DNA of 41,680 nucleotides. It comes from Chloroflexota bacterium (lineage in GTDB: Bacteria; Chloroflexota; Limnocylindria; Limnocylindrales; CSP1-4). A program made the translations under genes and the position numbers. Positions 40,594-41,680 of the stretch are shown here, piece by piece; position 1 is the first letter of the stretch; each line of letters begins with the position of its first letter. The notes below the pieces were generated by a model. It had not been told where the DNA came from. It did no database searches and saw only the letters and a program-made list of their open reading frames with translations. The stretch is from contig JBDTVN010000001.1 in the NCBI GenBank assembly GCA_040007155.1, positions 1 through 41,680 on the forward strand, given 5' to 3'.

Positions 40594-41680
40594 CGGCTGA
40601 GCGGGCGCTGGTCCACGAACCAACGCTGCTCGAGCAGGCGCGCGCGGCCGCAAACCGAGTGCGCGATGCCCTGTCGCGGCCGTGGATCGCGTGGGCGGCG
40701 TTCCTGGCGGTCGTCGCCTGGGACATCTATGTCCACCTGCCGTCGATGAACCAGAAGCTGCTCGAGCTGCACTCATTCCGCCAGACACAGACCGCGTGGA
40801 CGGCGCTGATCTTCCATCAGCAGGGAATCGACCTGTTCCACCCCCTGGTCCCGGTTTTCGGCCCACCGTGGCAGGTGCCGTTCGAGTTCCCGCTCTTCCA
40901 GGCCATGGGCGCGCTCGTCATGGACCTCGGCGTTGCGCCCGACTTGGCGATGCGCGCCACGGGCCTGTTCACGTTCCTGGTCGCGATGTTCGTCCTGTGG
41001 CGCCTCGTTGCGCGTCTCGCGGGGGAAGCGGCGGGTCTCGTGTCGGTGCTTGCCTTCGCCGTGTGCGCACTGGGTCTGCTATGGGCACGCACGTCGATGA
41101 TCGAGTACCTCGTCGTGGCCGCGTCGCTGGCGATGATCTACGGGGCGTTGCGCTGGCACGAGTCGAATCACTGGGCGTGGTGGGCACTTGCCTTGGGCGC
41201 AGGCGTCGTGGCCATGCTCGTCAAGCCGACGACAGCGGTCATGTACCTGCCGGCCATCCTCGCCCTGGGCTGGACGGGCTACCGCGCTGGCGCCAACAGA
41301 CCGCTGGGCAAGCCACTCCTCTACGCAGGCGCGCTGCTGGCGCTGCTCGTCGTGCCGCTCCTATTTGGTGGCCTGTGGACGGTTTACGCGGACAAGATCA
41401 AGGGCGCGTCCCAGTTCACCGCCGATCAGACCAGCGCGGCACTCTCCACATGGAATTTCGGCACCTTGGCTGAGCGGCAGAGTCCGACGCCATGGGAGTA
41501 CATCGGCGCCCGCTTGCAGGAGCTCGTCCTGGGCGGCGCGACGGTGATCTGGGTGCCGCTCGGCTTCATCGCGAGCCTGTGGTTGAAGCGGCGGCTGTTC
41601 ACGATCGCCTGGCTCGCCGGCGCGTTCGTCGGCCCTATCGTGTTCGTCAACCTCTACTACATCCACGACTACTACCTGAT
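40590..41680 (+). CDS. GT-C-fold polyprenyl-phosphate-sugar-dependent membrane glycosyltransferase (ArnT/PMT-like), 3' end beyond the window
   Basis: This frame is not in the ORF track because it has no stop in the window. My translation from ATG 40590 (ATGA overlap) stays open to 41680: MTAERALVHEPTLLEQ...WIAWAAFLAVVAWDIYVHLPS...LHSFRQTQTAWTALIF...VVAMLVKPTTAVMYLPAIL... It has many TM segments and an early extracytoplasmic loop. Confidence 0.7.
   Translation, partial: MTAERALVHEPTLLEQARAAANRVRDALSRPWIAWAAFLAVVAWDIYVHLPSMNQKLLELHSFRQTQTAWTALIFHQQGIDLFHPLVPVFGPPWQVPFEFPLFQAMGALVMDLGVAPDLAMRATGLFTFLVAMFVLWRLVARLAGEAAGLVSVLAFAVCALGLLWARTSMIEYLVVAASLAMIYGALRWHESNHWAWWALALGAGVVAMLVKPTTAVMYLPAILALGWTGYRAGANRPLGKPLLYAGALLALLVVPLLFGGLWTVYADKIKGASQFTADQTSAALSTWNFGTLAERQSPTPWEYIGARLQELVLGGATVIWVPLGFIASLWLKRRLFTIAWLAGAFVGPIVFVNLYYIHDYYL

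Noticed and set aside
1-41680. CRISPR arrays, tRNA/rRNA genes, IS elements, integrases and prophage genes.
   Set aside because: I saw no regularly spaced short repeats, no tRNA-like T-arm consensus in intergenic DNA, no transposase or recombinase motifs, and no terminal inverted repeats. Intergenic space is minimal apart from 3480-3672 and 17527-17807.

Overview
High-GC bacterial chromosomal window. Hand-sampled stretches are about 65% G+C. It holds about 40 tightly packed genes, many joined by 1- or 4-nt start/stop overlaps (ATGA, GTGA, TGATG). I saw no rRNA, tRNA, CRISPR array, transposase or integrase. Contents from left to right. (i) A light-sensing locus: a CarH/LitR-type MerR + B12-binding photoregulator (255-1199) converges on a heliorhodopsin (1201-2025). 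The heliorhodopsin is co-transcribed with a YbjT-like SDR-DUF2867 enzyme (2034-3479). (ii) A deletion scar with back-to-back 5'-truncated remnants of a GcvT-like gene and a class III cyclase (3673-4412). (iii) A polytopic membrane protein, an intact GcvT-family gene, two translationally coupled CrtI-family flavoenzymes, and a 1177-aa zinc-ribbon/cyclase/P-loop/TPR signalling protein. (iv) Housekeeping genes: surE, an AI-2E permease, trpS (with a degenerate KMSKS loop) and thrC-thrB-birA. (v) A SULT-like sulfotransferase, then an ECF sigma/anti-sigma pair that runs straight into an acetyl-CoA carboxylase + type II FAS supercluster: accD-accA-(lysine-less BCCP paralog)-accC-fabZ-metallophosphoesterase-fabF-accB-fabH. 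An opposite-strand HTH/PD-(D/E)xK gene interrupts this cluster before fabG. (vi) A glycan sulfation/modification island running off the right edge: GT2, two more sulfotransferases, a Cys-type sulfatase, an NDP-sugar dehydrogenase, an epimerase, a methyltransferase, a polyprenyl-phosphate-sugar-synthase-like GT2 and a GT-C membrane transferase. The best candidate for something new is the B12-photoregulator / heliorhodopsin / SDR-DUF2867 module with its CarH-like operator candidate. Next are the non-biotinylatable BCCP paralog sitting in the accB slot and the HTH-nuclease inserted in the fab cluster. All family calls come from motif recognition by eye; no searches or computations beyond hand counting were possible.
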